Assembly: GCA_947258425.1 (NCBI GenBank)
Contig: CAMYIG010000001.1
Coordinates: 866-64,865 of the forward strand
Direction of reading: 5' to 3'
From: an uncultured Gammaproteobacteria bacterium
GTDB taxonomy: Bacteria > Pseudomonadota > Gammaproteobacteria > SZUA-140
Length of the DNA: 64,000 bases
The translations under genes and the position numbers were made by a program. The number at the start of each line of letters is the position of its first letter. The first letter of the stretch is position 1. The notes below the pieces were generated by a model. That model made no database searches and was not told the DNA's origin. It worked only from the letters and a program-made list of their open reading frames with translations. Positions 49,295 through 58,938 of the stretch are shown piece after piece.

Positions 49295-50842
49295 TCACAG
49301 AATCAGAACTAACTGCATGCGAATAACATTTTCTTTATAGTCATTTATAACAAAATTAGAATCTCGCTCTGTATATCTATATTCAATAGTGCCTGTCAGG
49401 CGCTGCGTTATTTCATTAGCCATCTCAATTGACGCAGTTCGTGCCCAGTCAATTCTAATTCCATCCCTAAACTTCTCTTTCATCCACTCATGGTTAAAAC
49501 CTAATGTCGTACGAATACCTACGCGTAACGAGATATCAATGTCTGCACTCAGCCTATTTTCTTTATCCTGCACGATTTGATACTCAAGCTTCCTTTCGTC
49601 AACATTAAACTCCCAAACGAGTTTACGCCCGGTATATTTATAACCTATAGATGATGTTTTACGAACAAATGCCTCAGCATTCAATTCGGCATTCAATCCC
49701 AGTCGAGAAACAGAAAGCCCTTCGTCCGATTCAAAAACTTGCTGTCCAATTTGAGACTTCGATGTTGTACTAACGTCTTCGTTATACCGCGCTCGCCATC
49801 TTGTCCGATCTATTTCTCTGTCATATATAAGCAGGTATGTGTCACCAAAAAACCGCTCGCCAGCCCGCGCTTCTACTCTTGTATACCTGTCTAACTGCCA
49901 TCCAAACCCGACATTCCAGAACTCACCATCTAAATCAATCTCCGACTCAGGCATAACCATTCCGAAATCAACTTCTTCATAGCCCCCACCCGTCAATAGC
50001 TCAAGACGTCGCGTAGCCTGCCACCGTAAATCGTAGATCAGTACTTTGAATCTGGAATCTACAGCTGATTTATGATCTATTTTTTCATCGCTATAACCCA
50101 GCGCCCAAAAAAAACGATCCCGCTTAACACGGTTATTTACATCTATGCTAAATTTACTTGTATCTACATCAGCGATATCATTCTCAGTCCTTACTACATC
50201 TGCATCGTAACGTGTTTCAACAACAATACCGGCGCCATATACATAGCGCCAACTGGGGCTAGCGCCAAGCGTAAAAACATTTCTCCGATCTTCTGTAGAA
50301 GAAAGGTTTTCTCTAAGTATCGGCTCCTCATCTCCCAAAACTTGCTGAAAATAACTACCCCTCATATCAACCAAAAATTGATCGGGGATGACTTCATAAG
50401 CTGCATTGGTTCTAAACTGATGAAACGTTGCGTTACGACTACGCTCTTTTGAAAAATACAGGTTTTGCATATTATAGTTAAGAAAGAAATTAGACCTTCC
50501 CCACTCATTCTCTATAGCAACACCAGGCATCACTTCAGTAATATACTCTTCGGTAACGCTGTCTCCCTGTGCAAGACTTACATTATCGGTATAGATCTCA
50601 CTTAATGAGACCTGAGGTGTAATCATCCAGTTTGCAGCAAGAGTATTAGAAAAAAACAATAGCGGAAGTACAAAAACAAAAGACGTGGATAGCCTTTTCT
50701 TCGCCGAGGAAAAATAACTTGAAGCCTTGCTTGCACTCGATATTTTTAACGGCATGATTGATAATATTCTCAGTATCATTTGCTTAATATATATAGCGGC
50801 TACCCGCAAAAGAAACGTATAAACAGACCTCCTATTATTCAC
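49295..50842 (-). CDS. Predicted outer-membrane beta-barrel protein (PEP-CTERM-system-associated OMP type). Start uncertain.
   Basis: Internal signal-like segment STSFVFVLPLLFFSNTLAANW; amphipathic beta-strand-like composition rich in Y/R/D/N/T with alternating hydrophobics. Position between the BY-kinase and deacetylase genes. The C-terminus (..MQLVLIL) lacks the usual terminal aromatic. Confidence 0.45.
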   Translation of the reverse strand: MNNRRSVYTFLLRVAAIYIKQMILRILSIMPLKISSASKASSYFSSAKKRLSTSFVFVLPLLFFSNTLAANWMITPQVSLSEIYTDNVSLAQGDSVTEEYITEVMPGVAIENEWGRSNFFLNYNMQNLYFSKERSRNATFHQFRTNAAYEVIPDQFLVDMRGSYFQQVLGDEEPILRENLSSTEDRRNVFTLGASPSWRYVYGAGIVVETRYDADVVRTENDIADVDTSKFSIDVNNRVKRDRFFWALGYSDEKIDHKSAVDSRFKVLIYDLRWQATRRLELLTGGGYEEVDFGMVMPESEIDLDGEFWNVGFGWQLDRYTRVEARAGERFFGDTYLLIYDREIDRTRWRARYNEDVSTTSKSQIGQQVFESDEGLSVSRLGLNAELNAEAFVRKTSSIGYKYTGRKLVWEFNVDERKLEYQIVQDKENRLSADIDISLRVGIRTTLGFNHEWMKEKFRDGIRIDWARTASIEMANEITQRLTGTIEYRYTERDSNFVINDYKENVIRMQLVLIL

Positions 50843-50845
50843 TTC

Positions 50846-51718
50846 TTAGCGACGGCGGTTATCTACCCCATAACCATAATGGTCAGAGCTTTTTACGTGG
50901 TCACATTTATTCAATAACAACCCAACAGCTTTATCTTTTCCTAAAAGCTTCAGTGCATTTTTCACATCTGACTGCTTACTTTCCTCTGCCGCTACAACCA
51001 TGACAACCTGCCCAACCATCTCAGACAACACTACCGCTTCATTGGTTACAAGCAGCGGTGGAGCATCAAATATCACAATTCTATCGTTATAGCGCGATGC
51101 AAATTCAGCCATCAATTTCTTCATATTATTACTTGAAAGCAGCTCAACTGAATGAGGGTGGTGGCGGCCAGAAATCATCACTTTTAGATTAGGAATATCT
51201 GTTTCACAAATCAGGCCATCTAGCACAGAAGCCTCATCAAGCAAATAATCTACAAGCCCCGCCCCACCATCAGCATTCAATAACCGACTAATTGAAGGCC
51301 TCCCAAGATCAACATCCACCAGTAGTACTTTTTTGTCACGCTCCATCGCAATGCTTTTTGCAAGATTAATCGCGGTGAATGTTTTTCCTTCACCAGAAAG
51401 CGCACTCGTCACCATAATTAGATTGCCATTCTTAACAGGGGCAGTTTCAAACCCTGACGCATTATTGATTAATGGTCTTTTAATCCGTCTAAACTGCTCA
51501 GTAATGATGACGCCATCTTCACCATGTCCCATCACTTTATCAGACTTACTCCATATCAATACTTTATTACCGGACGATTGCGCCTGACTTGTTTTAACCC
51601 CGCCATCTACTTGTTGCTTGTCATGGTCAGGCATAGAGGAGGCACTTTCATCACTACGTTTTTTTCTAGCTTTATTATCAGTAATTTTATCAATTGCTTT
51701 CTCGATAATGCTCATCAC
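50846..51718 (-). CDS. BY-kinase catalytic protein (exopolysaccharide/PEP-CTERM-locus tyrosine autokinase)
   Basis: MinD/ParA-type Walker A SALSGEGKTFT; Walker A' VLLVDVDLGRPS; Walker B IVIFDAPP; Tyr-rich tail SSDHYGYGV. Confidence 0.8.
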   Translation of the reverse strand: MMSIIEKAIDKITDNKARKKRSDESASSMPDHDKQQVDGGVKTSQAQSSGNKVLIWSKSDKVMGHGEDGVIITEQFRRIKRPLINNASGFETAPVKNGNLIMVTSALSGEGKTFTAINLAKSIAMERDKKVLLVDVDLGRPSISRLLNADGGAGLVDYLLDEASVLDGLICETDIPNLKVMISGRHHPHSVELLSSNNMKKLMAEFASRYNDRIVIFDAPPLLVTNEAVVLSEMVGQVVMVVAAEESKQSDVKNALKLLGKDKAVGLLLNKCDHVKSSDHYGYGVDNRRR

Positions 51719-53292
51719 TAACCACCTATTCCTGTAGATACAATTGACATTAGAGCGTCAACATCAAATAAGGCAATAGCCAATACGATTAGGTATGAAG
51801 CAAACAAGCCAATGCACGCAACAATAAATACTGACAATGATAATTTTTGCGCCCTTTTTTCAGAGCCAGGAACTATCTTTGTCACTGATCCTAATGCCGT
51901 AGCACCTTCTATCTGAGACAGATCATCTTCCGTAATAAAGGTCGCCTTTAACATTCCAAATAATATCGCCAGTCCAACACCGCCGCCAATGCCCAGGAAC
52001 AAAACCATAGTGATGAACAGTCCTCGATGAGGCCAAACGGGCACCAGTGGAACTGCGGGAGGATCGATGATACGAAATTGCACGTCATCAACGCTTTGAG
52101 ACGCTTCTCTTGAAATTTTAGCCGACTCACGTCTAACTACTAACGCCTCATAATTTTGCTTATTAATAGTATAGTCTCGATTAAGTTTTGCGAGCTCAGC
52201 CTCTACCCGAGGCACAACATCGACCAGTTTTCTCAACCCCGCCACTCGGCGTTCATGCTCTACGACACGCACTTTCAACACTGAAACATCCGCTTCTGCA
52301 CGACCTAACGAGATTTTTAATTCCTGAAAAATCGGGTTATCTGCGTCACCGTCCGCCCATTGTGTCAGTTTCCGCGACTCAAGCTTGCCATCTCTTTGTG
52401 CTTTTAACTGCTCTATTGTCCGCTTCGCAGCAATCACATCAGGATGCTTGTCAGTAAACTGCAATAACAAACCATCCAGCGTCACTTCAAGCCCACTAAT
52501 CCGGCTATCAATGTCATTGACCCCTTGCACCATCCTGTCTTGCGTCAGCGGGATATCTCCATCAATTTGGCGCTGAAGCTCATCTCTTCTTCTTTCAGCT
52601 TCTCGTAAATCAAGCTTTGCTCGTTCCAGACCTTCCATGCCAATTCTTAAACGATCAAAATAGCCACCCGCTTCTGTCGGCATAAAACCAACATTTTTCC
52701 TTTTAAATACTTTTAGCCGTTCTTCTGCTTCTTCTAATTTCGCCTCATATTCGTCAATTTGCTGATCTAAAAACACTTCCGTTCTGCTTGTGTCTTTACG
52801 CGCTGTCATCAGGGTCGTTTCGACAAAAAGAGCCAGCAACTTTTCGACTACATTTTTTGCTAGAAGCGGGTTTTTATCCTGATATGAAATTACATATATT
52901 CCATCACCAGACGAGCCCTTCACATTTATTTTCTCACTCAGCCTGTTTATCACTCTCTCCAGATCTTCCGGGGTTTTTACCTCCAGATCTAACGCAGATT
53001 CCTTAACAATTTTTTCAAGATTTGGACGACTTAATAAGGTCCTACGGGTTGTCAGCGCCACTGCTGAACGCACATCACTATCAACTGCAATACCTCGCAA
53101 CACTGGCTGCAACATCGATTGAGTGTCGAGATAAACTCTCGTCATCGCCTCATACCGATCTGGCAAGACATAAACAACGCCCCAGCCTACCGCACAGATG
53201 ACCGCTGCTGTGACAATCGCAAGCCAGCGTCGTATCCAGGCAAGATGTGCCATTCGCGTATACTTCTTAAACTCCTCAAATGCGCCACTCAT
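51718..53292 (-). CDS. Polysaccharide chain-length determinant (Wzz/PCP family; the partner of the BY-kinase)
   Basis: N- and C-terminal TM helices flank a long coiled-coil periplasmic region. It shares 1 nt with the BY-kinase gene start, which indicates coupling. Confidence 0.75.
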   Translation of the reverse strand: MSGAFEEFKKYTRMAHLAWIRRWLAIVTAAVICAVGWGVVYVLPDRYEAMTRVYLDTQSMLQPVLRGIAVDSDVRSAVALTTRRTLLSRPNLEKIVKESALDLEVKTPEDLERVINRLSEKINVKGSSGDGIYVISYQDKNPLLAKNVVEKLLALFVETTLMTARKDTSRTEVFLDQQIDEYEAKLEEAEERLKVFKRKNVGFMPTEAGGYFDRLRIGMEGLERAKLDLREAERRRDELQRQIDGDIPLTQDRMVQGVNDIDSRISGLEVTLDGLLLQFTDKHPDVIAAKRTIEQLKAQRDGKLESRKLTQWADGDADNPIFQELKISLGRAEADVSVLKVRVVEHERRVAGLRKLVDVVPRVEAELAKLNRDYTINKQNYEALVVRRESAKISREASQSVDDVQFRIIDPPAVPLVPVWPHRGLFITMVLFLGIGGGVGLAILFGMLKATFITEDDLSQIEGATALGSVTKIVPGSEKRAQKLSLSVFIVACIGLFASYLIVLAIALFDVDALMSIVSTGIGG

Positions 53293-53341
53293 CTTAACTT
53301 GCCTTTAGTATTAATATTAATGTACAGCCGTAAAATAGGCA

Positions 53342-53983
53342 TTAAAACCATGATTCCGGAATAATTAATATGTCACCAGGTCTCATTTCAACATTGGCAG
53401 AAATTTCCCCACCTGACATCAAGTCTTCAATCTTGACACGAAACTCTCTTCGTTCGCCGTCAATTTCACGAACAATATGAGCCTTATTGCCGGCGGCAAA
53501 CTCGGTTAATCCACCCACTGCAATCATCACATCTAGTAGTGTCATTGCCTCACGATATGGAAGCGCCTGAGGCTGTGCCGCAGCCCCTACCACTCTGATT
53601 TGCTGGTTATAAGGGCCGCCAAAGCCACTCACAATCACAGTAACAACAGGCTCTTTTATATATTTCGATAGCACACCCTCGATGTCTCGAGCCAACTGGG
53701 TGGGGGTTTTACCAATGGCGACCATATCCTCAACAAGTGGACTGGACACTGTCCCATTTGGACGTACCGGCACCGTGATAGAAACATCGGGATTACGCCA
53801 AACAAAAATATTTATCGTGTCACCCGGACCGATCAGGTATTCAGAGTGAGTCCTATCAGAACTCACACCGTCTAATGCCGGTGTTGGGAGCGACGTAGTC
53901 GATGCACAACCCACCAGTAAAACGGGTACAAAAAGAAACCCGGTAATGGCCCTTGCGCAAGATTTAAGTGAAAACATTTTCAC
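53342..53983 (-). CDS. Polysaccharide export outer-membrane lipoprotein (Wza/EpsE-like, Poly_export domain)
   Basis: Lipobox LLVGCAS; YLIGPGDTINIFVW..P Poly_export motif; SLBB-like C-terminal portion. Confidence 0.8.
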   Translation of the reverse strand: MKMFSLKSCARAITGFLFVPVLLVGCASTTSLPTPALDGVSSDRTHSEYLIGPGDTINIFVWRNPDVSITVPVRPNGTVSSPLVEDMVAIGKTPTQLARDIEGVLSKYIKEPVVTVIVSGFGGPYNQQIRVVGAAAQPQALPYREAMTLLDVMIAVGGLTEFAAGNKAHIVREIDGERREFRVKIEDLMSGGEISANVEMRPGDILIIPESWF

Positions 53984-54351
53984 GTAATAGCCCTTCCTTA
54001 GTTCAAATTTGGTTAACCCGTTATTATAAATGAAATATCGTCATAATATACGAGCACTTTAACTACTCGCTCATTAAATCAGTCTAGCGTCGCACCTAAT
54101 TTAGCCAATTGACCCCTTCAATAATTATCGATAATAATATGTTTTATCGGGTACCAATATGCTGCAGCACTTTCAATCTATCGGCACAAGCTGGGGATCA
54201 AGCAAAAAATATAAATCAACACGCCAATTTCCATTCTTTGTTCATGGTCATTAGGTTTTTTAGTATACTTAATGTCGGATTATTTTACAGGCCATTAAAG
54301 ATAATTATCACAATAAATTTTATTTTGATAGATATCAACTAGTTATATTTA

Positions 54352-54367
54352 TGGCACGGTTAGTGCT
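54352..54367 (+). promoter_or_regulatory. Sigma-54 (RpoN) -24/-12 promoter of the PEP-CTERM gene
   Basis: aTGGCACGgttaGTGCTt versus consensus yTGGCACGrnnnTTGCw. GG at 54353-54 and GC at 54365-66 have the canonical 10-nt spacing. It lies 40 nt upstream of ATG 54407, with a GAGGA RBS at ~54394. An IHF-like TATCAACTAGTTA (WATCAANNNNTTR) sits at 54333-45. Confidence 0.6.
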
Positions 54368-54406
54368 TAGAGTAAAGTAGATGTAAAATAATCGAGGATT
54401 TATCAA

Positions 54407-54970
54407 ATGAACAAAGTTTTTGCAGCAGCCCTGATACTACTATTAATAGTTGCAGGAAATGCACACGCAACATTATCAAACCCATACAGCTATACTCCAG
54501 AGGATCTGCAGACATTTTCACTGCAGCAGGATGCCCCTGGCGGTAGCGCACAAGCTTTTTATGGCATTTTCCCAGATGGCACCTTCACCACAATATGGGA
54601 TCGTTCAAATACAGGTGGAACGGCATATATTGGTGCGAGCGGCACCAAAGACCTGAGCGCTTTTGACGGCATAAGCTTGAATATTACCAATAGCTCATTT
54701 GCACCGATCTCAGCAGCACTCTATGTAGTCGAAGACGCCATGATCTATATAGGTAGCATCATTGAGCTGGATGACAATGAGACAGGCATCATGAAACTCG
54801 CTTTTGGTGGTCCAAGCCAGTCAACGACGATGGATGACCAGTACGGCTTCTTTACCGCACAGACTACAGGCTATATGACCCATGCAAAAGTGCCTGAGCC
54901 AGCAACCATCGCGATGATGGGACTTGGCCTGATCGGCCTGGGATTCATGGCAAGACGTAGAAACAGCTAA
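54407..54970 (+). CDS. PEP-CTERM domain protein (exosortase substrate)
   Basis: N-terminal signal peptide MNKVFAAALILLLIVAGNAHA. C-terminal VPEPATIAMMGLGLIGLGFMARRRNS, i.e. PEP motif plus TM helix plus Arg cluster at the extreme C-terminus. Confidence 0.85.
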   Translation: MNKVFAAALILLLIVAGNAHATLSNPYSYTPEDLQTFSLQQDAPGGSAQAFYGIFPDGTFTTIWDRSNTGGTAYIGASGTKDLSAFDGISLNITNSSFAPISAALYVVEDAMIYIGSIIELDDNETGIMKLAFGGPSQSTTMDDQYGFFTAQTTGYMTHAKVPEPATIAMMGLGLIGLGFMARRRNS

Positions 54971-54997
54971 CAACAAAAAGGTGCCTAAGCACCATTG

Positions 54998-55033
54998 GCC
55001 CTCAGATAGCGAACCTATCTGAGGGCTTTTTTT
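54998..55033. terminator. Bidirectional rho-independent terminator
   Basis: gccctcagata-gcgaacc-tatctgagggc is an 11-bp perfect stem followed by T7. It is flanked by A-rich sequence on the other side. It sits between the convergent PEP-CTERM gene and prsT. Confidence 0.75.
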
Positions 55034-55042
55034 ATTCTCCAT

Positions 55043-57322
55043 TCACAAGCTATCACGTAACGCTTTAGCTAGCGCGTAGCTTGAGAACGAACCCGGTTTT
55101 GCAACTAGCAACTCATCCAGCAGATCTCTTGCTTTGTCAGCATCACCTGTTTTCGCATAACCTGCTGCCAGATGATACTGTATATCAGGCATCTTTGGTG
55201 CCCGCTCATGCGCATCCTCAAGTAAAGACAGACCTCGCTTCAATCGCCCTTCTTGAACCAGGATCCAGCCAAGCGTATCCAGAACCGAAGCATTCTCTTT
55301 ATTTAGCGCATAAGCACGCTCAGCAAATGACAATGCACGCTTATCACCAGCTTGTGAAAAAAACCAGGCAAGATCATTCAGGGCGATCAAATTTTCCGGA
55401 TCATTTTCGAGCAGTATTAAATAATGCCTGATTGCAGAGTCACTATCATTCAACTGGTTATAGCCCCCCACCAGCACTAACCGAGCTCTGGCGTCATCTG
55501 TAAACTCATCAAGCCACTGCTCAAGAAATGCCTGTGCCTGTGCAAGCTGATTAGCCTGTGCATAGGTCCGATGCACTTTGATCGCGATCGTACTCCGCCG
55601 TTCTTTTTGTAGTCCCATTTTATACTCAGCAAGGGCATCACTGTATCTCTTCTCCGACATCATCAAGTCGCCTGCCAGCTCAAATCCAACCGCGACATCA
55701 GGCGCCGCGTTCTTTACACCTTCAGCGACTTTTAATGCACTATCCACCTTGCCTTCACTAAGTTCAAGACGTACCAGATTGATCGCAGCAGGAAAATAAT
55801 CACCTTTAAGCTCCAATGCACGTTTCAGATATTGACGCGCATCATTATTATTACCCTTATTTAAATAAACTGTACCAAGCAAATGGTTAAAAACCGGTTG
55901 ATCTGGTGAACTGGAAACCATTTTCTTAGCAACTACAAGCGCTTGATCAAGGCGTTTCTCGCGCAGATAAAGCATCACCAGCAATACGCCTGCACGATCT
56001 GTGCGTTTCTCTAGCCCCTTCGCGTTTTCTAGCTCATTAATTGCAGCTTCAACGTGACCCTGCTTTAAATAGGACACCGCCAGCTCAGTTCTTGCAAAAT
56101 GATTATCCGGATCGTTATCAATCGCGGATCTGAGATAACGAACACCATTTTCAACATCGCCACTATAATTAGAAGCCGCCCCTATCAGTGCAAGTAACTG
56201 AGCATCAGTAGACGCATTCTTAAGTGCAGGGGAAAGCAGGTCAACCACCCCCTCGTGGTGTTGCTGCTGAAGCCGCAACGATGCCAGCATCTTACGTGCA
56301 GTAGTATTGTCAGGTTGTAAAATGACATAACGACTCAATAACTGGTCAGCTTGTTCCAAATTACCCATCGCATAATTGACCGCACCTAACATCAACATGG
56401 TCGGTTCATGCTCAGGCGCGAGTTGCTGAACAATTATCAGATATTTGCGTGCCGTATCGAGGTCACCACTTTCATATGCTATTTTTGCACGCATAAAATT
56501 GGGTAGTGGATGTTGAGGCAGAAGCGCTATAAGCTCATCGACTACCGCGAGTGCCTCTTCGTTCTTTTGCTGTGCATTCAATACGCCTACCAGGCCTAAG
56601 CGTGCCTGCACTGAATACTGACTAGACACTTGCTTAGGTTCATTTAACAAAACAAATTTATAGCTATTCTCAGCCACAGAAAAATTCGCGTTGATAGTGG
56701 CTACTTTTCCTTTTAGAAGCAAGGCCTCCGCATTTTTATCATCGATAGCCAATAAATTATCAATATATTGCGATGCCTGACCAATCTTATCCTCTAATAA
56801 ACTTAACCTCGCCAAACCAATATTTGCAAAAGCTGATTGACTGTTAATCTTTAATGCGGCGCTAAAATCAGCTCGTGCCTCATTAAATTTCTGAGAACCC
56901 AGTAGCGCTTCACCCCTTAGTGCGAGTAAATCAGACTTTGACTTTTTCGACAGGTCCTGATCGATGCTAATTTCATCCAATAATTGAGTGTATTTTTTCT
57001 GTATTAATAATGACCGCGAAAGTAATATTACAACATCGTCATTACCTGACGTCTGCATACCCAGCACTCGTCGAAGTTCTCGTTCACCACTTTCACCGTC
57101 ACCGGTATCAACATAGATAGCACCTAACAGATATCGCGCACGCACACTTGACTCATCTTGCTGGAGAACATTCTTTAGCTCAATCACTGCTGAACGATAG
57201 TTTTTCTCCTGAAAAAATACTTCGGCTCGCTGCATATGCTCAGCCGGATCCAGACTTGCTTTCTCACAGGCCGCGACCAAAAAAATCAAAAAGACAAGAC
57301 ACCAGAAACGTTTTTTCTTCAT
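55043..57322 (-). CDS. prsT: PEP-CTERM-system TPR-repeat lipoprotein
   Basis: Lipobox LVAAC; ~20 TPR units throughout. 759 aa. Immediately downstream of xrtA. Confidence 0.8.
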   Translation of the reverse strand: MKKKRFWCLVFLIFLVAACEKASLDPAEHMQRAEVFFQEKNYRSAVIELKNVLQQDESSVRARYLLGAIYVDTGDGESGERELRRVLGMQTSGNDDVVILLSRSLLIQKKYTQLLDEISIDQDLSKKSKSDLLALRGEALLGSQKFNEARADFSAALKINSQSAFANIGLARLSLLEDKIGQASQYIDNLLAIDDKNAEALLLKGKVATINANFSVAENSYKFVLLNEPKQVSSQYSVQARLGLVGVLNAQQKNEEALAVVDELIALLPQHPLPNFMRAKIAYESGDLDTARKYLIIVQQLAPEHEPTMLMLGAVNYAMGNLEQADQLLSRYVILQPDNTTARKMLASLRLQQQHHEGVVDLLSPALKNASTDAQLLALIGAASNYSGDVENGVRYLRSAIDNDPDNHFARTELAVSYLKQGHVEAAINELENAKGLEKRTDRAGVLLVMLYLREKRLDQALVVAKKMVSSSPDQPVFNHLLGTVYLNKGNNNDARQYLKRALELKGDYFPAAINLVRLELSEGKVDSALKVAEGVKNAAPDVAVGFELAGDLMMSEKRYSDALAEYKMGLQKERRSTIAIKVHRTYAQANQLAQAQAFLEQWLDEFTDDARARLVLVGGYNQLNDSDSAIRHYLILLENDPENLIALNDLAWFFSQAGDKRALSFAERAYALNKENASVLDTLGWILVQEGRLKRGLSLLEDAHERAPKMPDIQYHLAAGYAKTGDADKARDLLDELLVAKPGSFSSYALAKALRDSL

Positions 57323-57339
57323 CCTATTCCCCTTGAATA

Positions 57340-58929
57340 CTAGTTATCACGTCGCGTATATTCTGCATTTAACTGTCCATTCAGCTCATCAAGCCGCACA
57401 CTTATATGCGGCATCATCTGCCTATAAAACAGCGCCAACTCCCTCCGAGCAGAATCAGCACCCTGATCGCTATCTATAGATATTGAAACCACCATTGCAC
57501 TTCTATTTGAAATGATCGCGCCCCAGATATCCAGTAGCTTGGCGGTGATTTGACTGGTCGTAGATATCCCCGCGACATTGTACCAATACCAGATTACTTT
57601 TTCTTTCGATGAGCGAAACTCAACTTCAACCACCTGTTGACTTTCAAAATCGCTGACTAAAATATGTCGCACACCACCTGGTACAACAACCTCATTGGCG
57701 CCCGTAAAAAAACCATTTTCTGAATTGATTAACTCCGCCCCCTGTCGTTGATGCGCATAGTATGCAACATACAACATGACTGACTCATCGCCCTTGTGAT
57801 ATTTTGCGGCGAGTACTTTGTCCGCGCCATGAAATAAGGGGCGCCAGCCATCATCAATATACTCAGGACCAATCCATTTTTCAGCCCCTTTAGGAAACAC
57901 TAAATCGACAGAAGAAAATGTATTAGGCAACGACAGGGCTTGTGACTCTACATTCTTTATCACTACAAAAAAAATAATTAACCCCGTTAGCACGCCGCCA
58001 TATAAATATTGCTTACGCAGGGGTAATACTTCATCTCTAACATTTCTCGGCTTAAATTTAGTTTCACTAATAATGCCTGTCTTTTGTTTTTCTTTAGGCA
58101 TCAGTATCCATAATAAAGGATACATCAACCCTGCGTATAACGCCCACCCAAGGCCTTCATGATCCTCGACCATCCAGTGTTGCATATCGGTCAGGTGTCC
58201 AATCCAGATGATGATCAACACCCGCAACCAGTTTAATGCAATCGACCAAAAAACGATGATCGAAAACACCATCAAACGTTTACGATTACCCTCGAAAAAA
58301 ACATATACGTAAAGAGAACCTAATGCCATAGATGCGAGTAAGAACCTAAGCCCGCCACATACCTCTTCGATTAAAAATCGTCCTTCAGGTATTGTCAGAT
58401 AGTACCCCTCCATTAGCGTTGGAATACCCTGAAACTGCAGTACTTTATATGCAACCACTGCCGTCATATCCTGCAGTATAGACGCGACTGGGTCCCATAT
58501 AGGTGTTGCGAAAATAAGATAGCTCAGCGGAAAGAAAAGCACGCGGCCAGTTTGATTTCCAAAAACAGCCCATATCAGCGCAGGAAACATCATGATAAAA
58601 CTTACATATTCTACCGTCATCACGCCAACAAGCCTTGAAACCAACCAGAGTAGCGATAACGCTATTAACACACTCAAGCCAAGCTTCGATGGTACAGGCA
58701 CGATATCACCAAGCAGCATCCTACGCTGCCAAATCAAATACGCGCTTACTATGACCACAAGAAAACCGTAGCTGTATTGGCTGGACTCCCACCAAAAAGT
58801 AACGACCGAAGCAGCAGTATCGGAAAATAATGTCGCTAATACTAATATTAAAACAACACTGGAAACTAGCGGGACAGTCCATAGTGAGTGGCCAGACTCA
58901 ACTCCCCCTCTAGCCCCCGTTTTATCCAT
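57340..58929 (-). CDS. xrtA: Exosortase A with a fused C-terminal EpsI-like periplasmic domain
   Basis: Eight-TM N-terminal domain with a YSYG motif and the putative catalytic-Cys region EEVCGGLRFLLAS; conserved Arg/His positions follow. After a further TM helix comes a ~200-aa soluble domain (EpsI-like). 529 aa. Confidence 0.85.
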   Translation of the reverse strand: MDKTGARGGVESGHSLWTVPLVSSVVLILVLATLFSDTAASVVTFWWESSQYSYGFLVVIVSAYLIWQRRMLLGDIVPVPSKLGLSVLIALSLLWLVSRLVGVMTVEYVSFIMMFPALIWAVFGNQTGRVLFFPLSYLIFATPIWDPVASILQDMTAVVAYKVLQFQGIPTLMEGYYLTIPEGRFLIEEVCGGLRFLLASMALGSLYVYVFFEGNRKRLMVFSIIVFWSIALNWLRVLIIIWIGHLTDMQHWMVEDHEGLGWALYAGLMYPLLWILMPKEKQKTGIISETKFKPRNVRDEVLPLRKQYLYGGVLTGLIIFFVVIKNVESQALSLPNTFSSVDLVFPKGAEKWIGPEYIDDGWRPLFHGADKVLAAKYHKGDESVMLYVAYYAHQRQGAELINSENGFFTGANEVVVPGGVRHILVSDFESQQVVEVEFRSSKEKVIWYWYNVAGISTTSQITAKLLDIWGAIISNRSAMVVSISIDSDQGADSARRELALFYRQMMPHISVRLDELNGQLNAEYTRRDN

Positions 58930-58938
58930 AAAAACTGC

